Position numbers and translations under genes: made by a program. Shown one piece after another: positions 40,201 through 49,900 of a stretch of DNA of 64,000 bases. The number at the start of each line of letters is the position of its first letter. Positions within the stretch are counted from its first letter, which is position 1. The stretch comes from a virus. The stretch spans positions 27,449-91,448 of the IMG/VR virus record IMGVR_UViG_3300008952_000019; one strand, 5' to 3'. The notes beneath the pieces are model-generated. The model was not told where the DNA came from and did not search any database. It saw only the letters and a list, made by a program, of their open reading frames with translations.

Positions 40201-41743
40201 AAAAATCCCAATCGTCATTTGCCCAAGATATAGTTTTGTCAGTTGCACCTTTAAGAGAAATACCTCCGCCTGTTGCAGTGGTATCATCTGGGTTAGTTAC
40301 AGTACCTAATTCTATTAATTTATCATCTACTTCTAATGTTGTGCTATTAATTGTTGTGGTTGTTCCGTTAACAGTTAGATTACCACTAACTGTCACATTA
40401 CCACTACTATCAACTAATGGGTTATCTATTTTTAAAGTTTTCTTAATAGCACTAGCACTACCACCCATATTAGTATGGGCACTAGTTTTACATGCATAAT
40501 ATAAATTTGGTGTGTCATTGTCAATTACTACCTGGACCCATGCATTAGCAGAACCGTCGCCGTCTGCTCCTGATCCTTTTGTATAATCAGCATTTGACCA
40601 TTCAGCAATATTGCCGCTATTGCGACCATCTACAAAAGTAGATAAAAAGAATTCATGACCACTATTTGAGCTATCCTTAACATCAAATTTATATGTACCG
40701 CCAGCAACTAATTCTAAAGACGGTTGTTGAACTGCTCCGCTACCTGTATCTATATAATATACACCATTTGCGACTGTAACTGTAAAAGTTGCAGTACCTG
40801 AAGGGGGTGCTTTAGTAGTTAGGGTTATTCCGTTCCCTTGCTCTATTCTAATTTGGTCTACTGCATTAGCAGTTAATACATCTTGGCCATCTACATTCCA
40901 ATGTTTAAAGGTGCTTTCCATAGCAACTTTAATCTTTTTATTGCCCATGTCTGTAAGAGCAAAACCACTATCTACATCAAATTGAATTTCTGTAACATCA
41001 GCCATTGAAACATTAGAACTAGGATCGTTAATTTCCTTTACTGCTAATGTCCATGCATTTCCACCTCCACCAGGGTTATAATTTTGTAAACCTACAGTTC
41101 CGTGATACCTAAAACCTTGTATTAAATATACAGAATAATCATATGTACCTCCTGTTTTAGATAAAATATCAGAGGGAGGATCGCCATTAGGATTTCCCAT
41201 GAAAGAAAATACACCCGATTCATAATCAAAATAATATTCTTCGTTGGTTGTTTGAGGATATATTTCCCTGTATCCTGAAAAGATAGATAAATCATAATTA
41301 CCATTACCTTTTCCTGAAGGAGCTATTGCAAATTTAGGTAGATATGTTGCTCCATATGTTGCCCTGAGCCAATCGCCTATTCGTGTACTATCTGTACCGA
41401 CAGTTGAACATGTAAGATGTGTTCGTTGATTTACTACTGTCGGATCTCGTGTAAGTTCTATAACACCTTGAACATGGCCTATATCTGGACTTGGATTTGT
41501 ATTAGGATTACCTGCACTTGTATTATATTTGTATACATAGACATACGCATCATTTGTTGTATTTGCTACTGTACCAATTTGATGACTATCTACCCATAAG
41601 TTATGACTAGGATTCGGAATGGGGCTAACAATGGCTTCGTTATTAGGTCCTTTTTCAACATCAAAATTAGTTCTTGCTTTACCATAGTTGACTTTTTTGT
41701 CAATTCTATTGGTTATTACATCATTTAATGTATATGTGGGCAT
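37238..41743 (-). CDS. Long repeat-rich fibre/appendage protein with a cupredoxin-like insert
   Basis: 1501 aa; N-terminal about 480 aa paralogous to the 1726-aa protein; SGHEF...YACKTSAHTNM; about 7 TF..L.DTP.SY.G.AGK.L.VN repeats. Confidence 0.7.
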   Translation of the reverse strand: MPTYTLNDVITNRIDKKVNYGKARTNFDVEKGPNNEAIVSPIPNPSHNLWVDSHQIGTVANTTNDAYVYVYKYNTSAGNPNTNPSPDIGHVQGVIELTRDPTVVNQRTHLTCSTVGTDSTRIGDWLRATYGATYLPKFAIAPSGKGNGNYDLSIFSGYREIYPQTTNEEYYFDYESGVFSFMGNPNGDPPSDILSKTGGTYDYSVYLIQGFRYHGTVGLQNYNPGGGGNAWTLAVKEINDPSSNVSMADVTEIQFDVDSGFALTDMGNKKIKVAMESTFKHWNVDGQDVLTANAVDQIRIEQGNGITLTTKAPPSGTATFTVTVANGVYYIDTGSGAVQQPSLELVAGGTYKFDVKDSSNSGHEFFLSTFVDGRNSGNIAEWSNADYTKGSGADGDGSANAWVQVVIDNDTPNLYYACKTSAHTNMGGSASAIKKTLKIDNPLVDSSGNVTVSGNLTVNGTTTTINSTTLEVDDKLIELGTVTNPDDTTATGGGISLKGATDKTISWANDDWDFSENIDIANGKVYKINGVDVSTGWSNTKTTVDNATNLATNSTLVQRSSTGAISVSEIVTPLITSGTNTTININPNGTGKVQIKGAYTLPSTVGTSGQVIKVPSSGTDLVFDGLSLGELSDVDLSTSPTDGQSLVYSNSTGGWVASTVSGGTGGSGGIALTDLSVTNAQESAVSTLTYNNNTGVFTYTPLAEQDPVFTGSVAYNITNTFINNWNTAHSWGDHGTEGYLKTYSETDPIFTSHVTSSITSQQITNWNTAYGWANHAVQNYFDIDVHTIGNLTDFDTSAMNLATNGYMLEWNSGDQKWKPVLKTIPVGLDDLQDVDLTSNTPINNQVLKYNGNKWIPFTDTGSNTIAGLSDTDVSNVTNGKILKYLNGTWIIDDPPQTGATTFTGLDDTPSNADMYNSANAFLKVKSDGTSIVFTTAAYLEDITNERLADLYDVTPITSGNNNDVLYYDGNSGSFKWRDFTFTTLLDTDIPVQNDDGKVVYYNHSTATFKYKDYSLTFLEDVDATTQLDDKKVLYYNNSSGTYKWKDLKVSEISDIDPVYQGDDRRFLQYDFTNSKFKWADPPKVEVKNEGTTLTYNTSSLDFIGPGVNAVATGDNIEVTIPGNPTFQGQTDTPPTYAGNAGRMVVVNTGETGLQYEPVPDSVTTFLGLNDTPGSFVGSADKLVSVNSAGNQLVFLPNQFKNQTDTPGSYSGQGGKYLAVKSTQDAIEFVNPPAQIDTFSALTDTPGISTLSAGKYLKVNVGGTGLEFIDAPTDNTTFSGLTDGPGTLSGYAGKYLKVNTGGTALEWTDAPGSTFLSLGDTPASYAGSTGYFLTVSANQTIAFSSPSNLNMVEASNLTNYTSGSVSTDNVQEGNTNKYYTDARVDTKLDTSNLSAVGDVAYTNAPALNDVLIYNDSNSKWEPGTAPGSQGEANTGSNQGTGTGEIFKTKTGVDLEFRNISAGAGISISQVGDNIQIINTSVGGASGSFIEEDDAIAFAIAFS
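37740..38370 (-). repeat. Tandem coding repeats of about 35-38 aa
   Basis: TFQGQTDTPPTYAG / TFLGLNDTPGSFVG / QFKNQTDTPGSYSG / TFSALTDTPG / TFSGLTDGPG / TFLSLGDTPASYAG. Confidence 0.8.
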
Positions 41744-41749
41744 TAATTA

Positions 41750-44700
41750 TCATCCCCAATCTTCAATAGACACAGCAGTTACTGATTTTCCGCTTGCTAT
41801 ACCGAACCTTACAAGAACAGTTGGGTTAGGAGCAGATCCTGTATTTGCAGTACCTAAATCTAAATTAGCATATGCATCTGTTAATGCGGTATTAACTGCA
41901 AAAGATCCTTGATCGCTTGCTCCGCCTAATCTACGCACACCATCGGATCCATTACCACCTGCACCTGTATCTGCACCCGGGAAGCCACTTCCACCAAAGT
42001 TTGTACTACAATCTAACCATCCGTTTACTGAACTTGTGTTATCAGTATCATATCCAGGTATAGCAATATATAATGATGTTACTTCCCCTGATATTTTAAT
42101 ACCCATTTTTGCTAAACCTGTTCGTTTAAATGCAAAAGTAAAATATTGTGTAGTAGAAGAATTTCTATCTGTTCCTGTACTTAAATTATCTCCGGCAGGT
42201 AAAAATCCTGTTGAATAATCTGTTATAGTATGTTGTATAGCATCTAAAAAACATCCCGCTTCATATGTATTCATTAATGTATCTGTTGTACTATTCCACG
42301 GATATGCAGTATAAAAATCACTACTTGCATTACCTGAATAATCTGGAGTTGCTGCATTTGTTGTAGGCCATGCATATTTTACACGTTTACATACAGTTGC
42401 TCCACTTACTGCTCCGCCCATTGTAATATTAAGAGGAATAGCATTTTCATCTAATGATGGACTAGAAAACCAATACATTAAATTTGTTGTATCGGACACC
42501 TCAGTACTACTACCATTTACATTTATAGCAGATGATTTTATAGTTCCTGTCGTTCCTTTGCCTGAACCATTTAGATTAACAGTTAATATTGCTGATGTTA
42601 ATGCAGAACTTACACCTACATTTTGATCAGGAACTGCATTTAATCCTAAATCAACATATGAATATGTTTGGGATGCAATAGCTGTTCCTGCATCAGGTGC
42701 TACTGTTAGCGGAGTTGTGGTATTCCTATAAGTTCTACCTGTTAATTTAGAAATTTGTAAACCTGTTATGGTTAATGTTGCTCCTGTGTTATAAAACTTA
42801 ACACCTGACATAACTCTGTATGTTCCAGTTCCTTCGGCTACAGTACCAAATGCAGCAATAGCAGGATTATCTTGCATGTCATCATACACAAAACCTACTT
42901 TATCACTTGTAGTAGTATCGGTATGTTTTAATTGTATTGTATTATATCCTGCACTTATTAAAGCACTTGTAACATGAACTTTTGATTTATATTGCTTATA
43001 AAAATTATCAGGATATGTGTCAGAATCAAATGCATTAGCATCTTGCTCTTGTGTAACTTCTAATAAACCATTAGCATCTACAGAACCTGCATCATCATAT
43101 CTAGCAACCTTATTTGCTCCAGTAAACTCTACTTGTCCATTATCTGCAACAGATTCGTTTACATGAGCAGTTAATGTTCCAGTATATGTGCCATTTGATG
43201 CAAATTCATTTGCCCAACCTGATTGTTCTTCTGTAATAATTGTTTGTGTTTCTACTCTTACAACATCTGTTCCACCTGTCGGAGCCGAACTACCTACAGT
43301 ATTATCTGTTGTATTAGCACAAATTTTTGGACTTGTTCCTTGATGGTAACTTGAAGGTATATTAATAGTATAACCTGTTAGTCCCGCCGGAGCACTTGGC
43401 GCCGGTTTAATTGTTACATAATTAGTTCTAGTTTTAACAGAGTCCGTTGTACTAGTTGCTCCGCCGCCGTAACTATTATCAGTTGCGGCAATTAAACTAG
43501 GAGATCGTTGTATATCACTGCCTGTGGCATTTTCATATGTATGCGTAGGGTTTGCTGACGAAGAAGTAGCAGAACTATCATCAAAATCATATGTATAATT
43601 TACAGTTGTTAAATTACTATTACTATCTATTGTAACACCAGTTGATGTATTTGTAAAATCAATTACTTTAGAAGGACCATTACTATCCTGACCTCCTGCA
43701 GAAGGATCATATTTTGTAAAATCAAATCCTATTAATGGATTAACATAACTTGGACTACCATTAGCAGATGTGTTTTGATTTTTAAAAGCCGCTGTAAAAT
43801 TAGCTCTTGGATCAGTTTTTGTTGTAATAACAGTTGCTCCAGTAGTTGTTGAGTTATTTGCTGATCTTTGATTTGCTGCCGTTAAGGTAACATTAAATGT
43901 TTCTTCCGTTCCATTTGTTGCAAGATCAAAATATTTTTCTATTTGTTGTGACACATCACCTGCGGCACCTGAACCTCCAGACATCGAAGTAGTCCCTTGG
44001 CCGGTTCCCCAAGTCCATGTATATTGTGTATCGCCCCATGTACCAAGATTAGGTGTAGTATTTGTAAATTTAACTGGATGCCCTTCTTCTGAATTTGTAT
44101 CAGTATTAGCATTTACATCACCTGCCCTATCGTTATTACCTGAGGTTACACCTTGAACTGTAAATGTAGGCGCAGGTGTCACATAACCTTTAATATGATT
44201 TGCTTTTTCTAAAGCCACAGTATGACCAACTAATCCTCTAGCGGTTAAACTTCTGCAATATACTTTTGGTGAAAATCTAGTATCAGAAGTATATGTACTA
44301 GAAGCATTATAATCATGTATATGAGTTTTTGTTGTATCCCAACTAACCCAGGCTGCACTACCACTAACTCCTGAAACAATATCATTATCTGTTTCTGTTG
44401 GATCTGCAGCAGTAGGATACTTAGTCCCATCACCGAATTCAATCATCCACCATTTTGTATATAAAGATGTCGAAGTATCAAACTCTATTTGCCTATCAGA
44501 TGCAGAAGCACTATCTAAATCAACAACCGTATCTCCGCTTGTTGTTGTCCAAGAAGGTTCTGGATCAGGTGTCCATAGAGTTAATCCACCTACTTTTTTA
44601 TAAGTTACATAACTACCTTCAGTCATACCTGAAGTTGCTCCTGCAGCACATTTTAATGTCATTGTAACATCAACACTACCACCAGCAATTTCGGTAAATT

Positions 44701-46930
44701 GCTGAGTAATAGAACCATTAGATATTGTGCTTTGTGAATCATTTACATTTATTGTAGTACCGGTATCTGTATTTTTAAATTCCCAATCTGCATGAGTTGC
44801 ATCATGTTCATCTGCAATAGTAAATGTAACAGATAATGGTGCTGCCGGCGAAGCGCCTCCAGCGGCAGGACTTACAGTAAACGTAGATCCTTGAACATAT
44901 TTGCTTAATTTTATATTCTTTATAGTTTCATTAACTGCATCTAATGCATCTGCTACTGTTCCTGTTGTTTCTAATCCTGTTAAATATGTACCACCCGAAA
45001 CAACCGCATTTTTTTGTCCATACGCACCATCTTGAAATGTAGTATCTGTAGGGGCTCCTAATGTTAAACCTGATTGTCCAGGAGTTGCTAGTACAAATTT
45101 ACTTGAGCTATTATCCCAAGTTACTACTTTACCATCTTCGCTTGTACCTGGTGAACCTACATTAACATCTTTTATTTCATCTAAAGGTGTTTCGCTTAAA
45201 TCAAATGTGCCGACGTCTCCAGAATATACTTCTGACAAATTTGTTCCATCAGGTATAAATGTAAATTTTCCTGAACTATCATCTAAACCAAAAAAGCCTA
45301 CATTAGCGGCAGTTGATAAAATAGCAGTACCTGTTCCTTGGCTTGGTACTCCGGCTACTGACGCTGTAAATTTTGTTCCTGGTTCACTGTCGGCGGCACC
45401 TAAAGTTGTCCAATCTGTGGTACCTGTAGTTTTAATAATATATTCAGTATTTTGAACAATAGCAGTTGCAACAATATCTGCAGACCCATCATTCCATTTA
45501 AATTCAACACCTCTATCTTTATTATCATCTACTAAAATATAAGTGTCGTCACCTCCTAATGTAATAACAGGATCGTCTAATGTAGTAGTTGTTGAGTTAA
45601 CTGTAGTAGTTGCACCATGCACTACTAAGTTACCTGTAACAGTAACATTACCTGAACTATCAACTAATGAGTTTTTAATTGTTAATGTTTTTTGTTGTGC
45701 AGAAAACGTAGCGGTTGACCCATCTCCCGTGCCTCCTGAATCTGCGTTAAAATCGTATAAAGTTGCAGGAGTATCGTTCTTTCCTTTTATTTGTAAAAAT
45801 GCCCCAGCGGTTCCGTCTGCTATTCTTGATCCACTTGACTCACCATAACTAACACCAGTAGTATAAATTGTACCTGAATTGTGTGTTCCATCAGCAGTAA
45901 TTGAAAATTCAAACTGACTGCTTGCTAATGTTGTATTACTTAAATCAAATATATAAGTACCAGAAGCGACAAAATTAAAAGATGTAATAGCAGTACCTGC
46001 ACCAACTATTCCGGTTGCATCTTCAAAAATATACTTGCCTCCACTAAATTTTACATAATAAGTTTGTGTACTAGAAGGTGGAGCAGTTGTTGTTAATGTT
46101 ATTCCGTCACCTTCTGCAATAGTTATTTCATCTACTGCTGTTGCGGTAAGTTTATCTTGCCCTGATACGTTCCAATGTTTGAACGTACTTTCCATAGCAA
46201 TTTTAATTTTATTACTACCTAAATCAGTTAAAGCAAAACCACTATCAACATCAAAATGAATTTCATCTACACCTGTAACACTAACATTAGCACTAGGATC
46301 ATTTATTTCTTTTACTACTAACGTAGAAACTGAATTTGGATTAACAAAATTTGATAGACCAACTGTTCCAGCATACTTAAAACCTTTTGTCATGTATAAT
46401 GCATTACCTGAAAGCCCTGAAGGTATGTTATCACCAGCAAATGCAAATACACCCGAATCATAATCAAAATACCATTCTTCGCCACTTGTAGCAGGAAAAA
46501 TTTGAGTAAACCCTAAGCCTGACCAATTTGTATTGCCATGATTTCCTGCCGCACCAATATAGAATTTCGCATCATATGTCGCACCAAATGTTGTCGGAAT
46601 CCATCCTCCTAATAAAGTAGATACATCGCTATTTGTACCACATGCTAGATAAGCTCTACCACTAGATACAGTAGGATCCTTTGTCATCTCAATGATACCT
46701 GAGGTTCCTGAGGCAGCATATTGATATACTTGAACAATGCTCGTAGTTGTTGTCGGTGCTAGAGCAGGTATTTGTTCAGATTGTACCCATAGTTGATGAG
46801 TACTTTGCGATAAAGGCGATGCTATTGCCTCGTTAATCGGACCTTTTTGTGCATCAAAAGCCGTCCGAGCTTTGCCGTAGTTTACTTTTTTGTCTAGTCT
46901 ATTGGTTAAGACCGTTTGCGAAATGGCCAT
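41750..46930 (-). CDS. PKD-domain virion structural protein
   Basis: 1726 aa; PKD-like units (WMIEFGDG, YTWTWGTG, YTYDFDD..S.SANPTHTY); N-terminus shared with the 1501-aa gene, C-terminal region shared with the 2037-aa gene. Confidence 0.7.
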   Translation of the reverse strand: MAISQTVLTNRLDKKVNYGKARTAFDAQKGPINEAIASPLSQSTHQLWVQSEQIPALAPTTTTSIVQVYQYAASGTSGIIEMTKDPTVSSGRAYLACGTNSDVSTLLGGWIPTTFGATYDAKFYIGAAGNHGNTNWSGLGFTQIFPATSGEEWYFDYDSGVFAFAGDNIPSGLSGNALYMTKGFKYAGTVGLSNFVNPNSVSTLVVKEINDPSANVSVTGVDEIHFDVDSGFALTDLGSNKIKIAMESTFKHWNVSGQDKLTATAVDEITIAEGDGITLTTTAPPSSTQTYYVKFSGGKYIFEDATGIVGAGTAITSFNFVASGTYIFDLSNTTLASSQFEFSITADGTHNSGTIYTTGVSYGESSGSRIADGTAGAFLQIKGKNDTPATLYDFNADSGGTGDGSTATFSAQQKTLTIKNSLVDSSGNVTVTGNLVVHGATTTVNSTTTTLDDPVITLGGDDTYILVDDNKDRGVEFKWNDGSADIVATAIVQNTEYIIKTTGTTDWTTLGAADSEPGTKFTASVAGVPSQGTGTAILSTAANVGFFGLDDSSGKFTFIPDGTNLSEVYSGDVGTFDLSETPLDEIKDVNVGSPGTSEDGKVVTWDNSSSKFVLATPGQSGLTLGAPTDTTFQDGAYGQKNAVVSGGTYLTGLETTGTVADALDAVNETIKNIKLSKYVQGSTFTVSPAAGGASPAAPLSVTFTIADEHDATHADWEFKNTDTGTTINVNDSQSTISNGSITQQFTEIAGGSVDVTMTLKCAAGATSGMTEGSYVTYKKVGGLTLWTPDPEPSWTTTSGDTVVDLDSASASDRQIEFDTSTSLYTKWWMIEFGDGTKYPTAADPTETDNDIVSGVSGSAAWVSWDTTKTHIHDYNASSTYTSDTRFSPKVYCRSLTARGLVGHTVALEKANHIKGYVTPAPTFTVQGVTSGNNDRAGDVNANTDTNSEEGHPVKFTNTTPNLGTWGDTQYTWTWGTGQGTTSMSGGSGAAGDVSQQIEKYFDLATNGTEETFNVTLTAANQRSANNSTTTGATVITTKTDPRANFTAAFKNQNTSANGSPSYVNPLIGFDFTKYDPSAGGQDSNGPSKVIDFTNTSTGVTIDSNSNLTTVNYTYDFDDSSATSSSANPTHTYENATGSDIQRSPSLIAATDNSYGGGATSTTDSVKTRTNYVTIKPAPSAPAGLTGYTINIPSSYHQGTSPKICANTTDNTVGSSAPTGGTDVVRVETQTIITEEQSGWANEFASNGTYTGTLTAHVNESVADNGQVEFTGANKVARYDDAGSVDANGLLEVTQEQDANAFDSDTYPDNFYKQYKSKVHVTSALISAGYNTIQLKHTDTTTSDKVGFVYDDMQDNPAIAAFGTVAEGTGTYRVMSGVKFYNTGATLTITGLQISKLTGRTYRNTTTPLTVAPDAGTAIASQTYSYVDLGLNAVPDQNVGVSSALTSAILTVNLNGSGKGTTGTIKSSAINVNGSSTEVSDTTNLMYWFSSPSLDENAIPLNITMGGAVSGATVCKRVKYAWPTTNAATPDYSGNASSDFYTAYPWNSTTDTLMNTYEAGCFLDAIQHTITDYSTGFLPAGDNLSTGTDRNSSTTQYFTFAFKRTGLAKMGIKISGEVTSLYIAIPGYDTDNTSSVNGWLDCSTNFGGSGFPGADTGAGGNGSDGVRRLGGASDQGSFAVNTALTDAYANLDLGTANTGSAPNPTVLVRFGIASGKSVTAVSIEDWG

Positions 46931-46942
46931 TTACATTACTCC

Positions 46943-49900
46943 TCAATAATCCTCTATGGAAAGGGCAGTTACATTCTTATTTACCGCAATTCCGAACCTT
47001 ACTAGCACAACTTTATATGTTGAACTGCCGGTATTTGCTGTTCCTAATTGAACATTACATGTTTGGTTGTTTGCATTTGTATTAATTGCAAATGTGCCTT
47101 GTTCTGTAACACCACCTAGGTTTCTAACCCCGTTCGATCCGTTACCACCTGCATTTAAATCAGCACCTGGAAAACCTGCTCCGCCAAAATTTGTACTGCA
47201 ATCAAGCCAGCCATTTAGTGTGCTAGTACTATCTGTTGTATACCCAGGTATTGCTATAAACAATGAAGTAACTTCTCCTGATAATTTAATTTGAAATTTA
47301 GCAATAGCATCACGTTTAAATGCGAATGTAAAATATTGTGTGCTATTACTCCTGCCTGTGCTTAAATTAGGACCTACAGGAAGATATCCACTAAAATCAT
47401 CTAACATATGTTTAATTTCATTAAGATAACATACTGCTTCTGCCCTGTTAATAACAGTTGACAATGAACTCCATGCATATGTAGCATAAAAATCCGAACT
47501 AGCATTACTTGAATAGTCAGGTGTATCTGTGTTAGTAGGCCAACTATAATCTATTCGTTTTCCGTTTGCAGCTCCTGATACTGCTGATCCTAACGAAGAC
47601 ATATTATTTGGTATTGCAGTCTCATCTAATGTTGGTGTATCGTGCCAAAAATGAATTGGTTGTGTGCTATTAACTTTAGATCCATTACCATTACAATTTT
47701 GTGCAAATACTCTAAAATATCCTGTACCTAAAGTGCTACCTCCTGTCATATTAATGTTAAGATCACTTAATGTATGCGGAGAACTTACTCCTACATTTTT
47801 TGGAGGTGGATTAGTTAATCCTACATCAGTATATGAATATGTTTTTTGAGAAAACATATCATCCGAAATACCATTACCATAATTAACATCTTCTATTTTT
47901 ACTTCTCCATTATTTCGATATGCTTCACCAGTAAAATTACTTACAGTTATACCATTTACTTTAATAATAGCACTAGATTGATAAAATGGTATAGAAGACA
48001 TTGTTCTTAATGTACCTGCACTGACTTGGGATACTGTCCAAGTGCCTGCTATTGTTGGAGCATCTGTTACAGGATCTCTAACAAAATTAGTTGTATCAGA
48101 TTCTGAACCATCTGAGTGTGTAATTTTAAATTCGTTATATCCTGCTGGTGTGCTTGTTTTTTCTATCTGTGCTTTTATTACTTTATAAAAATTTGCAGGT
48201 ATAGTTGGTTGGTGTACTGTTAATGTATTAGCATCTACATCAGCAGTTACAGTTAACGAACCGTTAGTTGCATTAGATTGATCTGTTGCATTTAATTGAA
48301 TAGTTCCATCTCCTGCTCCGTTTATATTTGCAATTAATGTTGCAGTTGTTGTTCCATTTGATGCTATTTTATTAACATAATCACTTAGTTCGCCTAACTG
48401 TACTGTCGAATTTGTTACTCTAACTGTATCTGCTCCGGCAGTTAACGACGTACTTGTATTATTTGATGTGTCGGAACAAATTTTCGGTGAAGTTCCAACA
48501 GACGAAATACTCATAGTTTTCCCTGTCATGTTTGCAGGCGCTGTTGGCGCCACTTTGATTTCTATGTAATTAGTTTTAATTTCTGTATCATCAACAAAAG
48601 ACGAAGCTCGCCCTGGTACACTACCTGTAGTTTTTGAATTAGGACCACTTGCTTCGAGTTCTACTGTATATGTCCCTGCAGCATAATTATGATTTGTTAC
48701 ATTTGTTGTTGTTGCAGTTGTTGTACCGCCATCTAAATCCCATGCATATGTATTTGCATTTACACTTGCATTTGCAAAAGTAAATAGACTATAATCATTA
48801 GCATCATAACCTATAAATTCAAACCCTATTTGTTGGGAACTGTAATTTGAGTGTCCAGTCGAATCATTTACAGTAACACCTGTAAAATCTGCTCTAGGAT
48901 CTGCTTTTACTGTTATTGTTATTGTATCTGACACTGGTGCAGATGTATGTCCGTTATCAACAGATAATTTACATGTATAAGTTTCGTCTACACCTGTATT
49001 TGTTGTATGTTTATAAAAATGTTCTACTGGTTGACTCGGAGTACCTGCTGATCCTGAACCATAATCAGTTATTTGATAAAAAGATGAGGTTGCAGTACCA
49101 CCACTAGTATATGCACTCCATGTACTATTGTTATAATATGATGTTAATCCTGATTGATTATATAATGTTAATGTGTTACCACTAACACCTACATAAATTT
49201 TTCTACCATTTATTTGTGTAGTTCCTGCAACGTCTCTAAATAGTATTTGATCTCCATTACTAAAAATAGAACCATCTGCTACTGTTATTGTAGAAGGTGT
49301 TAATACTACCCATACATTATTTTGTACTTCGGCAGTTGCTAAAGTTATACCAGTTACAGTTGTTTTAATATCTCCCCAATCATATTCATAAGAAGCATGT
49401 CCCCATGTCCCCATATTAGGTACAGTTGGTGTAAATACTACTCTCCATCCTTCTTTATTATCATATCCTGCTACAACATTATCACTTGCTTCATCACTTG
49501 TACCTGTAGTTGTAGTTGAATTAAAAGTTAATGAAGGAGCAACATATACATTCATATAATTGCTTCTTGTTTGGTTAACTATCTCGCCTTGACCAGTAGG
49601 ACCAGCAGCGGGCCCATATACGTATAATATAGGTGTGAATCTAGTATCCGATGATACTGTATATGTATGATCTATATATGTAACTGAACTTATGTTTGCC
49701 CATGCAGTATTAGAACTACCTGTAGGATCAGTTGCATTTGCTCCTGTAGGATAAACACTTCCATTACCAAAATCCATCATCCATGTGCTTGCATATTGTG
49801 TATTCTGCACATAATATCTAGTCGATGATCCAGAATCTATAGTTGTATCACTTGCATAAAAACTAGGTATTGGTGTCGGAGCATAAACTACAACATAATC

